From positions 33,914,001 through 33,978,000 of the forward strand of contig NC_047027.1 in NCBI RefSeq assembly GCF_902652985.1: a stretch of DNA of 64,000 nt. Direction: 5' to 3'. The stretch is from Pecten maximus (lineage: Eukaryota). Made by a program: the position numbers and the translations under genes. Shown piece after piece: positions 13,601 to 25,426 of this stretch. The notes below the pieces were generated by a model. That model saw nothing but the letters and a program-made list of their open reading frames with translations, searched no databases and was not told the origin of the DNA. The stretch's first letter is position 1; each line of letters begins with the position of its first letter.

Positions 13601-16600
13601 GTCAAAATCAACATCTTCATCCTGATTACCGGAGACAGAACTCACCTCTTCAGCTGTACCACAGGTGCCTGACTCGTTTTTATAAAATAATAACATATAG
13701 AGTACATATAAATGAGAAAGGTTCTGAACTCCCCCAGGCTTGAAATCTGATGTATTTATTTCTAAGTACCGTAGCTTCGGTTGTATTGGGTGGATTTTTT
13801 CGAAGTAGGACTTAAATTGAAGAGAAATGGTCAATCTTTAAAATAAGCCATAACATGTTGTCGATTTCTCGATATTAATTTACCAAATCGGGCGTGAAAC
13901 TTCAAAATCCCCTCGATTTTGTTTAGTCGGACAAGTTGACGTAACGGGGTCACCACACTTTGACTCTATTGGACATAGCTTTAAATACGAAGTCCATGGG
14001 TTAATCACGAGGTACGCTTCATCAGATCACCGAATACAACTATTACATACACTTACTTTATGTATACGAGCACCCTATCGACGGCCCCGGGACATTTTAT
14101 GCATACTGATAGCAGATTTTCCACTTGAGTAGCCATGTTGTGTCAGCCGCGGTAAATTTGAACAAGCATTCTGATTGGTTATAGAAAATGTGTTGAACCA
14201 ATCAGAATGCTTGTTCAAATTTACCGCGGCTGACACAACATGGCTACTCAAGTGGAAAATCTGCTATCAGTATGCATAAAATGTCCCGGGGCCGTCGATA
14301 GGGTGCTCGTATACATAAAGTAAGTGTATGTAATAGTTGTATTCGGTGATCTGATGAAGCGTACCTCGTGATTAACCCGTGGACTTCGTATTTAAAGCTA
14401 TGTCCAATAGAGTCAAAGTGTGGTGACCCCGTTACGTCAACTTGTCCGTCTAAACAAAATCGAGGGGATTTTGAAGTTTCACGCCCGATTTGGTAAATTA
14501 ATATCGAGAAATCGACAACATGTTATGGCTTATTTTAAAGATTGACCATTTCTCTTCAATTTAAGTCCTACTTCGAAAAAATCCACCCAATACAACCGAA
14601 GCTACGGTACTTAGAAATAAATACATCAGATTTCAAGCCTGGGGGAGTTCAGAACCTTTCTCATTTATATGTACTCTATATGTTATTATTTTATAAAAAC
14701 GAGTCAGGCACCTGTGGCTGTACCACTGTTTACCCGACTTGTACACGGAAAGAAATGGCTAAAATCATCGTCTATCTCACTTGCTAAATCGTTATCACAC
14801 CCGACTACGTTAAAATTTGGCGGAAGAGACATCATATACGATTTCTTGATGCGTTAGACCTAAACACTCCCATCTGCCATCTTCGTAGCGAATGTAAACA
14901 ACTACGTAAATACCGGAAGTGTGTTCGGCAGAAAACGGGGAAACCCCATTCGCGTCAATATTTTTGTTGAATAAACACTTTTATTTACATTTACCGTTAA
15001 TGTTATTGAATGGAAAATTAACAGACATATCTAAAGTTTAAGGACAGGTATTTAAAGTTCATCTATAACAAAGTATATCAGCTGCATTTTGTGTTTTTGC
15101 AACGCAAGTGGGATTCCCGTTTTCGCGCGAAACGGAAATAGAATGGAAATAATAACTCTGACGGAATTCCCTTTTTTCTCCGTTTTCATTGGATAGAACT
15201 TAAGGACCTAAATGCCAGCCGGCGGCTCATTTGTGGCCCAACTAGCTTTCAAGCTTATCACTATACTGACAGAGTGAAAAGGGAGGTAACTCTGTTGAAT
15301 GAGCATATCCGTAGGTGCTGATTAGATAATTGTTTAATATCATCACGAACCCATACCTATTCCTTTTTTAATAACATTTTTTTATAGTGTAAGATTGACT
15401 TTATTACTATTCAGTAATGCCCTAAATCAACGGCATCATTTTGATGATTCTTGAATTAAAAGATGTCCATCTGTCACCAGAAATGCTAGCTACTGAGAAC
15501 ATTGATAGACTCAATTAGTTAATACAAAAACAATTAAGAATATCGACATGATAACAATGGTAAGAAGTAAATATCGATGTTACATATCATTTGTATGGCA
15601 AGATTTGCTTCATTTGAATATGGATATTGTTCGGAATATGTAATTGATGCTCTGTCGAAACCTTAAATTGAAAATTCTGAAAAATAAATTTATGATCTTT
15701 TGCAACTCCTGATGAACATTTGGACATTTCTTTGGATAATCTAGTCTATATAGTTACGAACGCCTCCTAGGCTTCACAACTTTAGGCCCTTAATATTACT
15801 GAATGATTCCATGATGACAAAACAACCGTATGGTGCAGTTTATTTCAATTTTCGCTCTTATGTTTATACAGTATCAAACTCCAAATTTATACTGAAATGA
15901 GATAATGTATTGTTTTTTCTTCAATATATTTTAAAAGCACGAATAGAAAAATATCACAGTGAAATGAACCAAACATACCTTCCTCCTCATATGATATGTT
16001 AAAACCTCTGCCGACGATACCGCCATCTGATGTGAACAAGATTGTAACGTCCTTGCTTGGAATTACACGTACTTTAGGGGAAGACATTTGAAGGATTTCT
16101 CTCTCGGTATCTAGTAAATATTTGAAGACTTATTTCGATAATAAATATATCTACTTATTGACAGTCTTAAACTTTATGCACAGAATAATGTGAAATATAA
16201 AAAATGAATTCTGTAGAATTAATCATTTCCGATTGCAAATCGTGCCAAAATGCTGATTATCCAATAACGAGCTCACGAAAACTGGTACTACTGTCGTGGC
16301 GTTTTTAACGTTATAACGATTTTGATGCAAAACAAAATCAGCATGGACCTGTATATAATGTTGGTGGGATTAAGACACAACATTGCTTATAATAACATTG
16401 CCTAGAAGATTTTCGGAGAAACCCTTCTTTTTTTTTTTTTTTTATTATTTTCAAAAATCATCATTACATACCGTATGTTAATATGGCGTGGTCGTAATTG
16501 TGTTCGAGATCAAATGACATGATCTCAATGCGTATCAGGCCACAAGCATTTTTGTCGGATATTCTCCAATAACACTGGCGATTGCTGTTGATATATATAT

Positions 16601-19600
16601 TTTATACAGAAAATACAGAAAATTAATGAGCATATCAATGTTATCACAGAAATAGAAATACATAAAAACAGGCCTTGAGAAAGCCTTGAATTTCACCTTG
16701 GGTCTTAAAAAGCCTTGAATTTCATTCTAGGCCTTGAAAAGCCTTGAAAATTGGTTTACAGCCTTGAAAAGTCCTTGAATATTAAGGTTTCATTAGGATA
16801 AGAGAAACTCTAACCACTGATCAATTGGATTCAGCTTTATCTATGCCGCCTCCTCTATAGACGTTAATAATTACCATGTCATGTTGTATTTTGATCAAGT
16901 GGATAATTATAAGTTGCTTTTATGTTCTCTGGTTCCCTCTCAAGATGACTTCGATGACGGGTAAAATGGGCCTTGGATATTTAATTAAGACATTGGAAAA
17001 GCCTTGAAATGGCCTTGAATTTGGTTTGACTTAATCCGTATGAACCCTGTATTATTGAGGACACTATTTGAAATTAGCTGTTTAAGCGTTAATGGAGTTA
17101 TCCAGAATCACGTTATACTATGATAATTCAAATAATGGCTGATAATTTGTGGTATATATTGGAACATGTTAACTTTGTCTTTACATGTGAACTCCTGATT
17201 AATCCGCTACTGTGGTTTAATCTATGTAAAATGTTAATGGACTTCTTACTCATTTACATGCTATTAATGATATAGGCTAGCAACAATATATAAACTCTTT
17301 TTAGATTTCTGAAATATGACCTCTACTGTCTCATTCATGCTAAGTTGGTATTATGTACTGAAATAAAGGAGAAAAATAGTCCTAAAGTTGGAAGTATCAG
17401 AACGACAAACGAAAAACAAACAAAAAACAACCAAACAAACAAACAAAATGACAAACAAATGCTTTGATCATTGTTTGATTTTAATAATCCTCTTTCTTGA
17501 GTGATTTTTTATATGAATTGGGCAAGGTGATAGAGTCATTTATTGAATAGCTACATGTTTTATGGTTGTATTTATCATAAAAACACCGACTTGTTACTAT
17601 GGTAAAATAGGCTGTGTAAAAAAATGTCATATTTTGGCCAAACCGATTTAAATACCCAGACAATTAAAAGTTTTAGTATTAATATCTTTTGTGATTTGGT
17701 GGGTTGTTACACCCCCAACGCCCCAACATTACGAAAGTACGTTAGGGAGTATCATTTTTCTATCGGTATTGTCTTAACAACACTATCAATAAGCTTAGTT
17801 TGGCGACTAAAGTAGCAAAAACATCCAGGTGCAAATGAATATAATCTAATAAAATCATTATACTAGATATTTATTCAATTGAAACAGTAGCAAAGAACAT
17901 ATATACCATCCTACAATGTATTCAAATCGGATATACAAACTTAGTATAGTTGTAAGGAAATCCGGGTGAAGAAATGAACTGCTTGTTAGAGTTCGCTGTC
18001 AACTGTTTCCCTGGCGGAAAACGATTGCATTTGTCCTGAGAAACTGAAACATCATAATATAGTCAATGACGGAATGGACAGTTCATCACATGCATGAACA
18101 ACACCAATAATGTCTTCGCGCTATGTACTACAAGCAATTGTTCGTTATTTATGTCTTCAGTCCATACGGCAACTTAACTGTTGTTTAGCCAGTTTGCGAT
18201 TTTCTGTAATATTTCACCAATTAAGCATTGATGTAAATTTTTTTTAGTTTCATACCCCGATGAAACTAAAAAATAATTGACATCAACGCTTATAATCAAT
18301 TTTTGAAAATTATTTTCTAATTCAAAACATGTTTAATGTACAATTTTACTGGTTTTAAATGGGATTCTTTTTCTCAAATCAATACGCAACGTCAATTGTC
18401 GTATTGTGACGTCACATTTTTCGCGCCATTCTCGGAATTTCTTTCATAGAAGAATGAAAAGAATTTGTCATTCACAATTTGAGTATTTACCATGAAAACA
18501 AAGAAAAATTAATGATTTTCCATATATTCAACGCTAGTATCAATATCGAATCATGACAACTGTATTCAGCATACACTCTGTTTATTACAGTATCCGTACT
18601 GAACTAAATCTAGAAATACACTATAATTTGTCAATATCCTAGTTTTGGCCATAAGATAAATTGAAAGAACATACAAATCAATACGTGTGCATATTTATGT
18701 GTCACAACAGCAAGGGATACTTCAATTATGTCATACCACGATATATAAGTCATACATAAGACATGGCAACGTATCCTAGACTTTAGAATAACTAGCCCTT
18801 TTCTCCAAACGATCATTGCTATAACAAAACTACATATCTAATGGTATAATGCATATGCCAAACAAGAACAGGAAACAAACCTATTTCATCAATATGACTG
18901 AACATCTAAAATGTCAAATAAGACGATCTATTAATTTATAACAAAGATAAGAGGAAGAAAAATGAATATATCAAATTATCTAGATAAATATTTAAATGGT
19001 AAATATGGCATTGATCATTATCCGCCATTCTGTTTGCTGTACGTCAGTTTATCTAACGTTAAAAATTTGAATAATCTAAAAATATAGCATCATTACATGT
19101 TACAATCAACCTATTTATAAAAGTTGTATGAACAACGTACGAGGAAATATTTGTATAGAAACAGACACAAGAGCGGAAGTAGCGTTTTAGATGTAGGTCC
19201 CTACCACGGAATACACAAATTCAGTTGATACATATAAATATATGTGTCACGGGTCAATAGTCCCTTGTAAGTGTTTTCATATTACTCATGTATTTTAACA
19301 AATAACTGGTTCGTTCTGCCATACCATACAGCCATGTGATACATATGTCTGTGATAACACTAATAATTCTTAGCATAGAACTCACTATTTTGTCTTGTAC
19401 AACTCCATTTAAGGGGTTGACACTGACAGTATTTTGGGCTGGTATATCACTCAGTATGTGCTTTAAACATCGAAGTGAAATCACAAAGTTGCGTTATAAG
19501 GTTATAATATGTTGATGCATTTCGGTAACCGATTCTGAAATAGGCAATATCATTTTGATTCGAGTTTCTATCAAATTTGGTTGTTAGTTTAAACTTGATG

Positions 19601-20720
19601 TACACACCGAGTCATATAGCCGAACTTCATAACCTCTACAATGCATATAATGGCGTCGGTGGACCAAAGCAAAAGTAAACAGTCACAAAACGGCAATGCA
19701 TCACAACTACAATGTTTATATGACGTCGACTGTAAGTTATGATAGACCAAGGCTACAGTTAACTGTAACAAAACTGTAATTCGTCACAACAACAATATAT
19801 ATCATGGCGTCGACTGTAAGTTGTGATATTATTACTTACGATTTAAGGCTACATGCAAATATCACTTGTTTTAAAAAATAGTATGAGACTTGATGAATGA
19901 TAATTCATAAGGAGAGGAGAAGATTCAGTAATTATAATGAAATATTTGATTCTCATTCAAAATCACTGTAAGGATCTGATCTTGTACCTATTGCTATTTT
20001 TATACATTTTCATTTCTTTAAAGGTTGAATATATATAGGGAATTCAGTGTCACTAAATCACCTAAATCACCTAAATCACGTTTGTATTGATCTCAAAGTG
20101 ATTAATTACATATATGTTTACTTTCATACGTTCAGGAGTTCGCTTGTTAGTTATATCGATGTTATAATATATTCATATATTACTGAAAGTATTATCATTT
20201 AAAATTTATCACATTTTACCATTTTAAATGGAACAAAGACTTTTGCTGTATTTGATATATCAGATTATAAATGAAAACCAACAAATAACTGCGTCCATTA
20301 AACATGAACCCCCATTTAGTGTTACATAATAGCATAACTGACTGAAAACCGGTACGTAAACAAAGTCCTGATTCTAATTCTAAAAGGACAAAAGTAGGAC
20401 CAATTAATACCAATGTAAAGATTTATATTACATCGGCAAAAACCAAGACCAAGTGTCCAGGAATCATCAATGACATCCGTCAACAGAGTGTAGTTAAAAT
20501 CGACGTGGTGCCATTGTCATAACATCACAACCAGTGTTTTGACAAGCGAACCATCTTGTTCATATACCATCAAATACCACATACAAATAACACAGTATTA
20601 CTTATATACTAAATAAGTAGCTCGCTTCGAACATGTACATCAACATCATGCACATATATACTTACCAACGTATCCGAAACAAGCAAAAAGAAGACAGATA
20701 ACCGCGCCAAATGTAGTCAT
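753..20720 (-). CDS. Multi-CUB-domain type I transmembrane receptor (signal peptide, 3 CUB, TM, Tyr-motif cytoplasmic tail), 13 coding exons
   Basis: Manually spliced GT-AG exons with consistent phases: 20720-20666 (MTTFGAVICLLFACFGYV), 18043-17941 (FISSPGFPYNY), 16584-16472 (CYWRI..FDLEHNYD), 16110-15979 (LFTSDGGIVGRGFNISY), 8051-7958 (YLSSPGYPYSYP), 7661-7552 (CRWNF), 6495-6370 (FQSDSSKSGIGFNISY), 6019-5911, 5599-5466 (CEWMV), 5279-5121, 3049-2915 (TM YWIASTSSLGSLLFISIIAHVLVC-RNYQKRR), 1821-1758, last exon 1064(or 1041)-753. The SPGyP / CxWxI / FxSD..GF motifs are CUB hallmarks; the third CUB is divergent. Confidence 0.88.
3259..3481 (-). mobile_element. tRNA-derived SINE (V/Meta-type central domain)
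   Basis: Minus strand: A-box TGGCCGAGTGGTTAAG, B-box GTTCGAAAC, core TTTTCTCCGGGTGCTCCGGCTTTCCTCC, (AAAC)n-like tail; TSD-like CCA(A/G)CATACTGAA at 3246-3258 / 3484-3496. Confidence 0.88.
4577..4615. repeat. (AAC)n microsatellite
   Basis: Direct reading. Confidence 0.9.
9270..9410. repeat. ~32-bp subterminal tandem repeat inside the Sola element (about 4 copies)
   Basis: ACAAAAACAATCAGTCACATCCCTTACCTAAT repeated. Confidence 0.8.
9636..14835 (-). CDS. Sola1-like DDD transposase, 7 exons, 684 aa once the nested palindrome is removed
   Basis: Exons: 14835-13026 (interrupted at 13660-14716), 12563-12438, 12043-11908 (TFRRIWHQCLPHIQF..KTDVCHKCE), 11603-11353 (HYTFDYAQ), 11122-10900 (LNADNCGGQNKN), 10467-10137 (HARCLVDGMFG), 9877-9636. 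Total 2055 nt, all phases compatible, no internal stops seen. The three catalytic Asp motifs are present. Confidence 0.87.
13660..14716. mobile_element. Foldback (palindromic) non-autonomous DNA transposon, P-superfamily/Galileo-like
   Basis: 521-bp inverted arms 13660-14180 and 14196-14716 (2 mismatches spotted), 15-bp loop; termini CACAGG...CCTGTG; 7-bp direct repeat GCTGTAC at 13653-13659 and 14717-14723. Excision restores the transposase frame (RVNS-GTAEEV). Confidence 0.9.
16668..17049. mobile_element. Truncated hAT-like MITE with GCCTTGAA subterminal repeats
   Basis: Right end CCGTATGAACCCTG (= CAGGGTTCATACGG); about 10 copies of (G/T)CCTTGAA; left TIR and TSD not found. Confidence 0.5.
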
Positions 20721-20936
20721 TGTTAATCTCCTGTCCACACAATGTTAATGTTCTGATGTTATATATCCCTGTTGCAGTTCGAAACAAGTGATGATAATAT
20801 GCTAATAGGTTGAGGTGTTCGTATTTTCCGAAAACGGAAATGAAATATTTTCCGCTCATTAGAAACCTGCACTATCTCTCCATGTCATCACGTTGTATTC
20901 TATATACACTGTTATACATATTCAAAATTGAGTTTG

Positions 20937-20938
<2 letters not shown>

Positions 20939-20995
<57 letters not shown>

Positions 20996-21068
20996 TGTCT
21001 GTCTGTCTGTGTAATGTCTGTCTGTCTGTCCACTTGTTTGTCTGTCTGTCTGTCATATTGTTTGTCTA
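20939..21068. repeat. (TATC)n/(TGTC)n microsatellite abutting assembly gap 21069-21233
   Basis: Direct reading. Confidence 0.9.
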
Positions 21069-23349
21069 NNNNNNNNNNNNNNNNNNNNNNNNNNNNNNNN
21101 NNNNNNNNNNNNNNNNNNNNNNNNNNNNNNNNNNNNNNNNNNNNNNNNNNNNNNNNNNNNNNNNNNNNNNNNNNNNNNNNNNNNNNNNNNNNNNNNNNNN
21201 NNNNNNNNNNNNNNNNNNNNNNNNNNNNNNNNNNTGTCTGCCTACTTATCTATTTGTCAATCTAATTTCTGTCTAACTGCTTGTCTGACAGTCATTCCAT
21301 CTTCTAGTCTGCTGTCTTTATATTTTTTACTTTACAATATTTCCGTCTATTTGTGCGTGTCTGTGTATGTGTCTATGTGACTTTGATTTTCTCTTTTAAT
21401 CTGCGCGACTGTCTGTGTGTCTGCCCAATGTTTGATTGCATGTCTGACGTTATACCAGAAAACATATATAATCAACAAATATTTATACCAAAGACCAACT
21501 AAACGTCATGGTTTAGACTGGCTGTTTATCAAAAAAGGGTAAAAGAGGTAAGAGACAAAACAGTTGTATGATAAGAATGATTCAAAATGTTTTGCAATAA
21601 GACACAACAACGATCAATTGTGTTAGCATTTAATGCTACCAAATGATAGCATACAGCCGATATAAATACAATTTGGGTGAAAGATCAATAGATTGTCGCC
21701 CGACTATTTCTTGCCACCCAAAAAACATTCATATCGACTGTATACTATAATTTTGTAACATTCCATGCTTATATTTACATTGATTATGTTTGTTTTTATG
21801 TAATGCACCTGATGACGAGTTTAAATATGTCGCTTACACTATCACTGACGTCATCAAGCTAGAATACCGGAGCTACCGAAGTTTCCAGAAGGAATAGTAT
21901 AGTTCCTTATGTCATTAATAATAACAAGCACATGCAATGGTTTTTGCACATATTTGACTTTATATCATATTTCATATACGTTTGCAGATATCGTAAAATT
22001 GTTCACAATGAATTTTTTAATTGTGAAAAATCAAAGCTGTTTTTCTGCGTAATGATATACGGTTATCATTTAGGAGTAATGCGACGTTGAAAGGATATTG
22101 CTACGGAGGGACTGGCTTCCTCGGAAGCTCTTATGTTTCTATTGACCAGATTAACGTCATGTTCCGAAGAATATCAGTTTAAAAAACTAAATCAAGGTCT
22201 CATAACTACAATTTAGTTTACTCACGACATATAGGCAAATACAACACAGAATGTTAATATACTTATTGATAAGAGTGAAATAGTTTTGTAATAAGTTAGT
22301 CTTAATGTAAACATTGCGTTCTGTCATGCTATTAATAGTTATAACCGTGGGATGATGTGTATCGCATGTATATATAAATACACCGACTGACTGTTTACAT
22401 AAACGCAAAGGAGTGTAAACAATTACCTTTTATAGTGGAAATACCAGGAGGGACGGAAATCTGAGGACTTCTGCGAACTAGTTTTACTATGACATAAACC
22501 TTATTTTATGAACGCCCACCACATAGAAAGCCCGGTGATAATGTTTGAAGTGATGTTATTGATTATCATCAAAGACAATGAATTACGCAAAAGGAGTAGT
22601 GTTGTTCCAGGTAAAAGAAGTTACTGACGTCAGGCCAGTTCTAAGCAGGTTAATGATTTCATGAATCGAAAAAGATAATAAAATGCGTTATATTTGTTCA
22701 TTATGATTAATACAATTAGTTTCTGATGGTGTGTGTTCCATCCATTTTAATATCTTTGTTGATATATATTTATTACAACGTTATTTTAAGACATGCTAAA
22801 CATCATAAGCGTTACAAATTACACTCAATCGCTCTGAAGTAAAATGACCATTCCTAGATTGTAATATTCCTGTTTCCCCCACCTATACTATGCAGATGTC
22901 GCTGTTCATTCATTCGATAAATAAGGGCTAATGTCATATACCAAAGATATCTCTATTAATGTACAGTATCGATAGAAGCGAAATAGAACACATTGAAACC
23001 ATTAAATCAGGTTATATTTACTTGTGCAATATGTAAACAATGTTTGATAACCATCTATATACTAGGTGGAGCCGTTCTTACCACCAGGTGCTCGTTATGA
23101 GAACGTGATATTGCCAGGATGTCACAAATTATAAAAGAATTAGTGTATTGAATGCATTTTAATGAAATTGTTTACTTTTAATTGTGTTATCAAATATTTA
23201 CAAATGCTTCATCAAGAAATTTCGTCCTAGGTCAATATTTGTTTCAGGTTAATAAACCCATGTATCAACCTACTATTAATATTTTACATTGAATATATCA
23301 TGCAACTGTATAATATAAAACCTGGCAATGCAATTTGATGCTGTAGGTC

Positions 23350-24077
23350 ATTACATCAAAGCCTTGATATTGACAAGCCTTGATATTGACAAGCCTTGAT
23401 ATTGACAGGCATTGATATTGACAAGCCTGGATATTGACAGGCCTTGATATTGGCAGGCCTTGATATTGACAAGCCTTGATATTGACAAGCCTTGATATTG
23501 ACAAGCCTTGATATTGACAGGCCTTGATATTAACAAGCCTTGATATTGACAGGCCTTGATATTGACAGGCCTTGATATTGACAAGCCACGATATTGACAA
23601 GCCTTGATATTGACAGGCATTGATATTGACAAGCCTTGATATTGACAAGCCTTGATATTGACAGGCATTGATATTGACAGGCATTGATATTGACAAGCCT
23701 TGATATTGACAAGCCTTGATATTGACAGGCCTTGATATTGACAAGCCACGATATTGACAAGCCTTGATATTGACAGGCCTGATATTGACAGGCCTTGATA
23801 TTGACAGGCATTGATATTGACAAGTCTTGATATTGACAGGCCTTGATATTGACAGGCCTTGATATTGACAAGCCACGATATTGACAAGCCTTGATATTGA
23901 CAAACCTTGATATTGACAGGCCTTGATATTGAAAGGCCTTTATATTGACAAGTCTTGATATTGACAGGCCTTGATATTGACAGGCCTTGATATTGACAGG
24001 CCTTAATATTGACCGCCTTGATGTTGACAGGCCTTGATATTTACAGGCCTTGATATTGACCGCCTTGATGTTGACAA
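23350..24077. repeat. 16-bp minisatellite (about 45 units)
   Basis: GCCTTGATATTGACA(A/G) tandem. Confidence 0.95.
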
Positions 24078-25426
24078 GTGTTCGTATCTAATTATAAACA
24101 AACAATGCATCATATAAACAAAGAGGGGAAATCATGTGACTTATAATAATTGCACATTGTTTGGGTCAAATATTACACTGCCGTGACTCAAACTTCCGTT
24201 TATAATACGACAATTGCATATTTATGTCTCTTATGACGGAAATGTTAAACAGAATGAACTCGTCTATGTCGTTGTGAACATGATTGTAGCAAGCACTTTA
24301 ATATCCATTGTTGTATATTACTGAATGACGCCGGCGGGCGGCTGGGAAACTCCTTCAGACCGATACTCAAATATACTGCAATGCCAGATATTACCAATGA
24401 AGTCTAGAGAGAGTAATAAATGATTACAAATTAGAGAAAAAAATTCTAAAATTAATAGTGATTGATAGAACCCCCCTCCCCCCCCCCCCCCAAAAAAAGC
24501 AAAAAACTTAAGCAGATAACTTTACTAGTATTCCACGCTCACCTTGAAGCGACGGTCTTCGGCGACAAATCCTCTCATGGCAACCCTCGCGAATCTCAGT
24601 TAAAATTGGTACACACATAACGTTATGCTGTGAAGAGTAGGGATGTAGTTGAGTAAAGTAGGACAAACAGTCACTGCTCTTTGTTCGCATATAGATAATT
24701 CGATTAATTAAATTATTCCCCTATTGTATATCTTTATTTGTTTAAGATATTGGTGTCGTTATACCTACAGTATATAATCTATGTTTAAAATAACAAATTA
24801 TATATGGAAATAACAAACAAATAAAAAATAAAAAAACAAAAAAAAAAAAAAAAAAAAAACCCAAAACCCCCCAAAACCCAACAAGCAACAGAAGAACTTA
24901 AACAAATAATTTGACTAGTGTTTAACGCACACCTTCAAGGGACGATTATCGGCACACAATCATTTGAGAGAAATCCTCGTAAATCACATTGGAAATTGTA
25001 TAATTGTTTTGTATATATCGAAATAATCAAATATATCACCTGAATACTAAGGGGCTACGACAGCGACATTAAACAAATTTACTTCCAAACCCCTTTGGCT
25101 TGACTAGACTTAATTCATTGCGTTTTGTTAATGATACATTGCAATGATAAAAAAACGACCATCTCTCGAACAAACTGATATAAAATATCATCTACGCTGT
25201 TGTAGGCAGACATCCGTATACCTATCATAGACCGATTACCATTGTACATCCAAGGTGTAACACTACCGTTGTTTACCTATAAGCAGTACCGAACAATCCA
25301 ATGATCAGATGAGGTGAATGCGAGCCGTGCGGAAGCAGAGAAAAATGACTGCTAAGGAAATGAGTTGATAGTTTAGCATAAGTATTTAAAAAGGAGTTCA
25401 GTCGGGGAATAGCGACCATTTTGAAC

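Larger units (their letters stand above)
8792..15228 (-). mobile_element. Complete Sola1-type DNA transposon inserted in intron 4 of the CUB receptor gene
   Basis: Perfect 30-bp TIRs GAGCCGCCGGCTGGCATTTAGGTCCTTAAG (8792-8821 / 15199-15228); 4-bp TSD ATTT (8788-8791, 15229-15232), matching the AWWT target of Sola1; internal spliced transposase gene. Confidence 0.9.

Noticed and set aside
14542-14787. 81-aa ORF sharing its N-terminus with the 270-aa ORF
   Set aside because: Mirror image produced by the palindrome arms; begins at TTG.
8792-15228. Fanzor/TnpB or other cargo in the Sola element
   Set aside because: No second ORF with RuvC or zinc-finger motifs seen; the coding capacity is explained by the transposase exons.
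23298-23903. 201/178/113-aa Cys-rich repetitive ORFs
   Set aside because: All three frames are open only because the 16-bp repeat lacks stops on that strand; no splice or domain support.
25383-25412. TATA/Inr and NF-kB-like motifs upstream of the lectin ATG
   Set aside because: Spacing is non-canonical and the motifs are not conserved in copy 2; expected by chance in AT-rich DNA.
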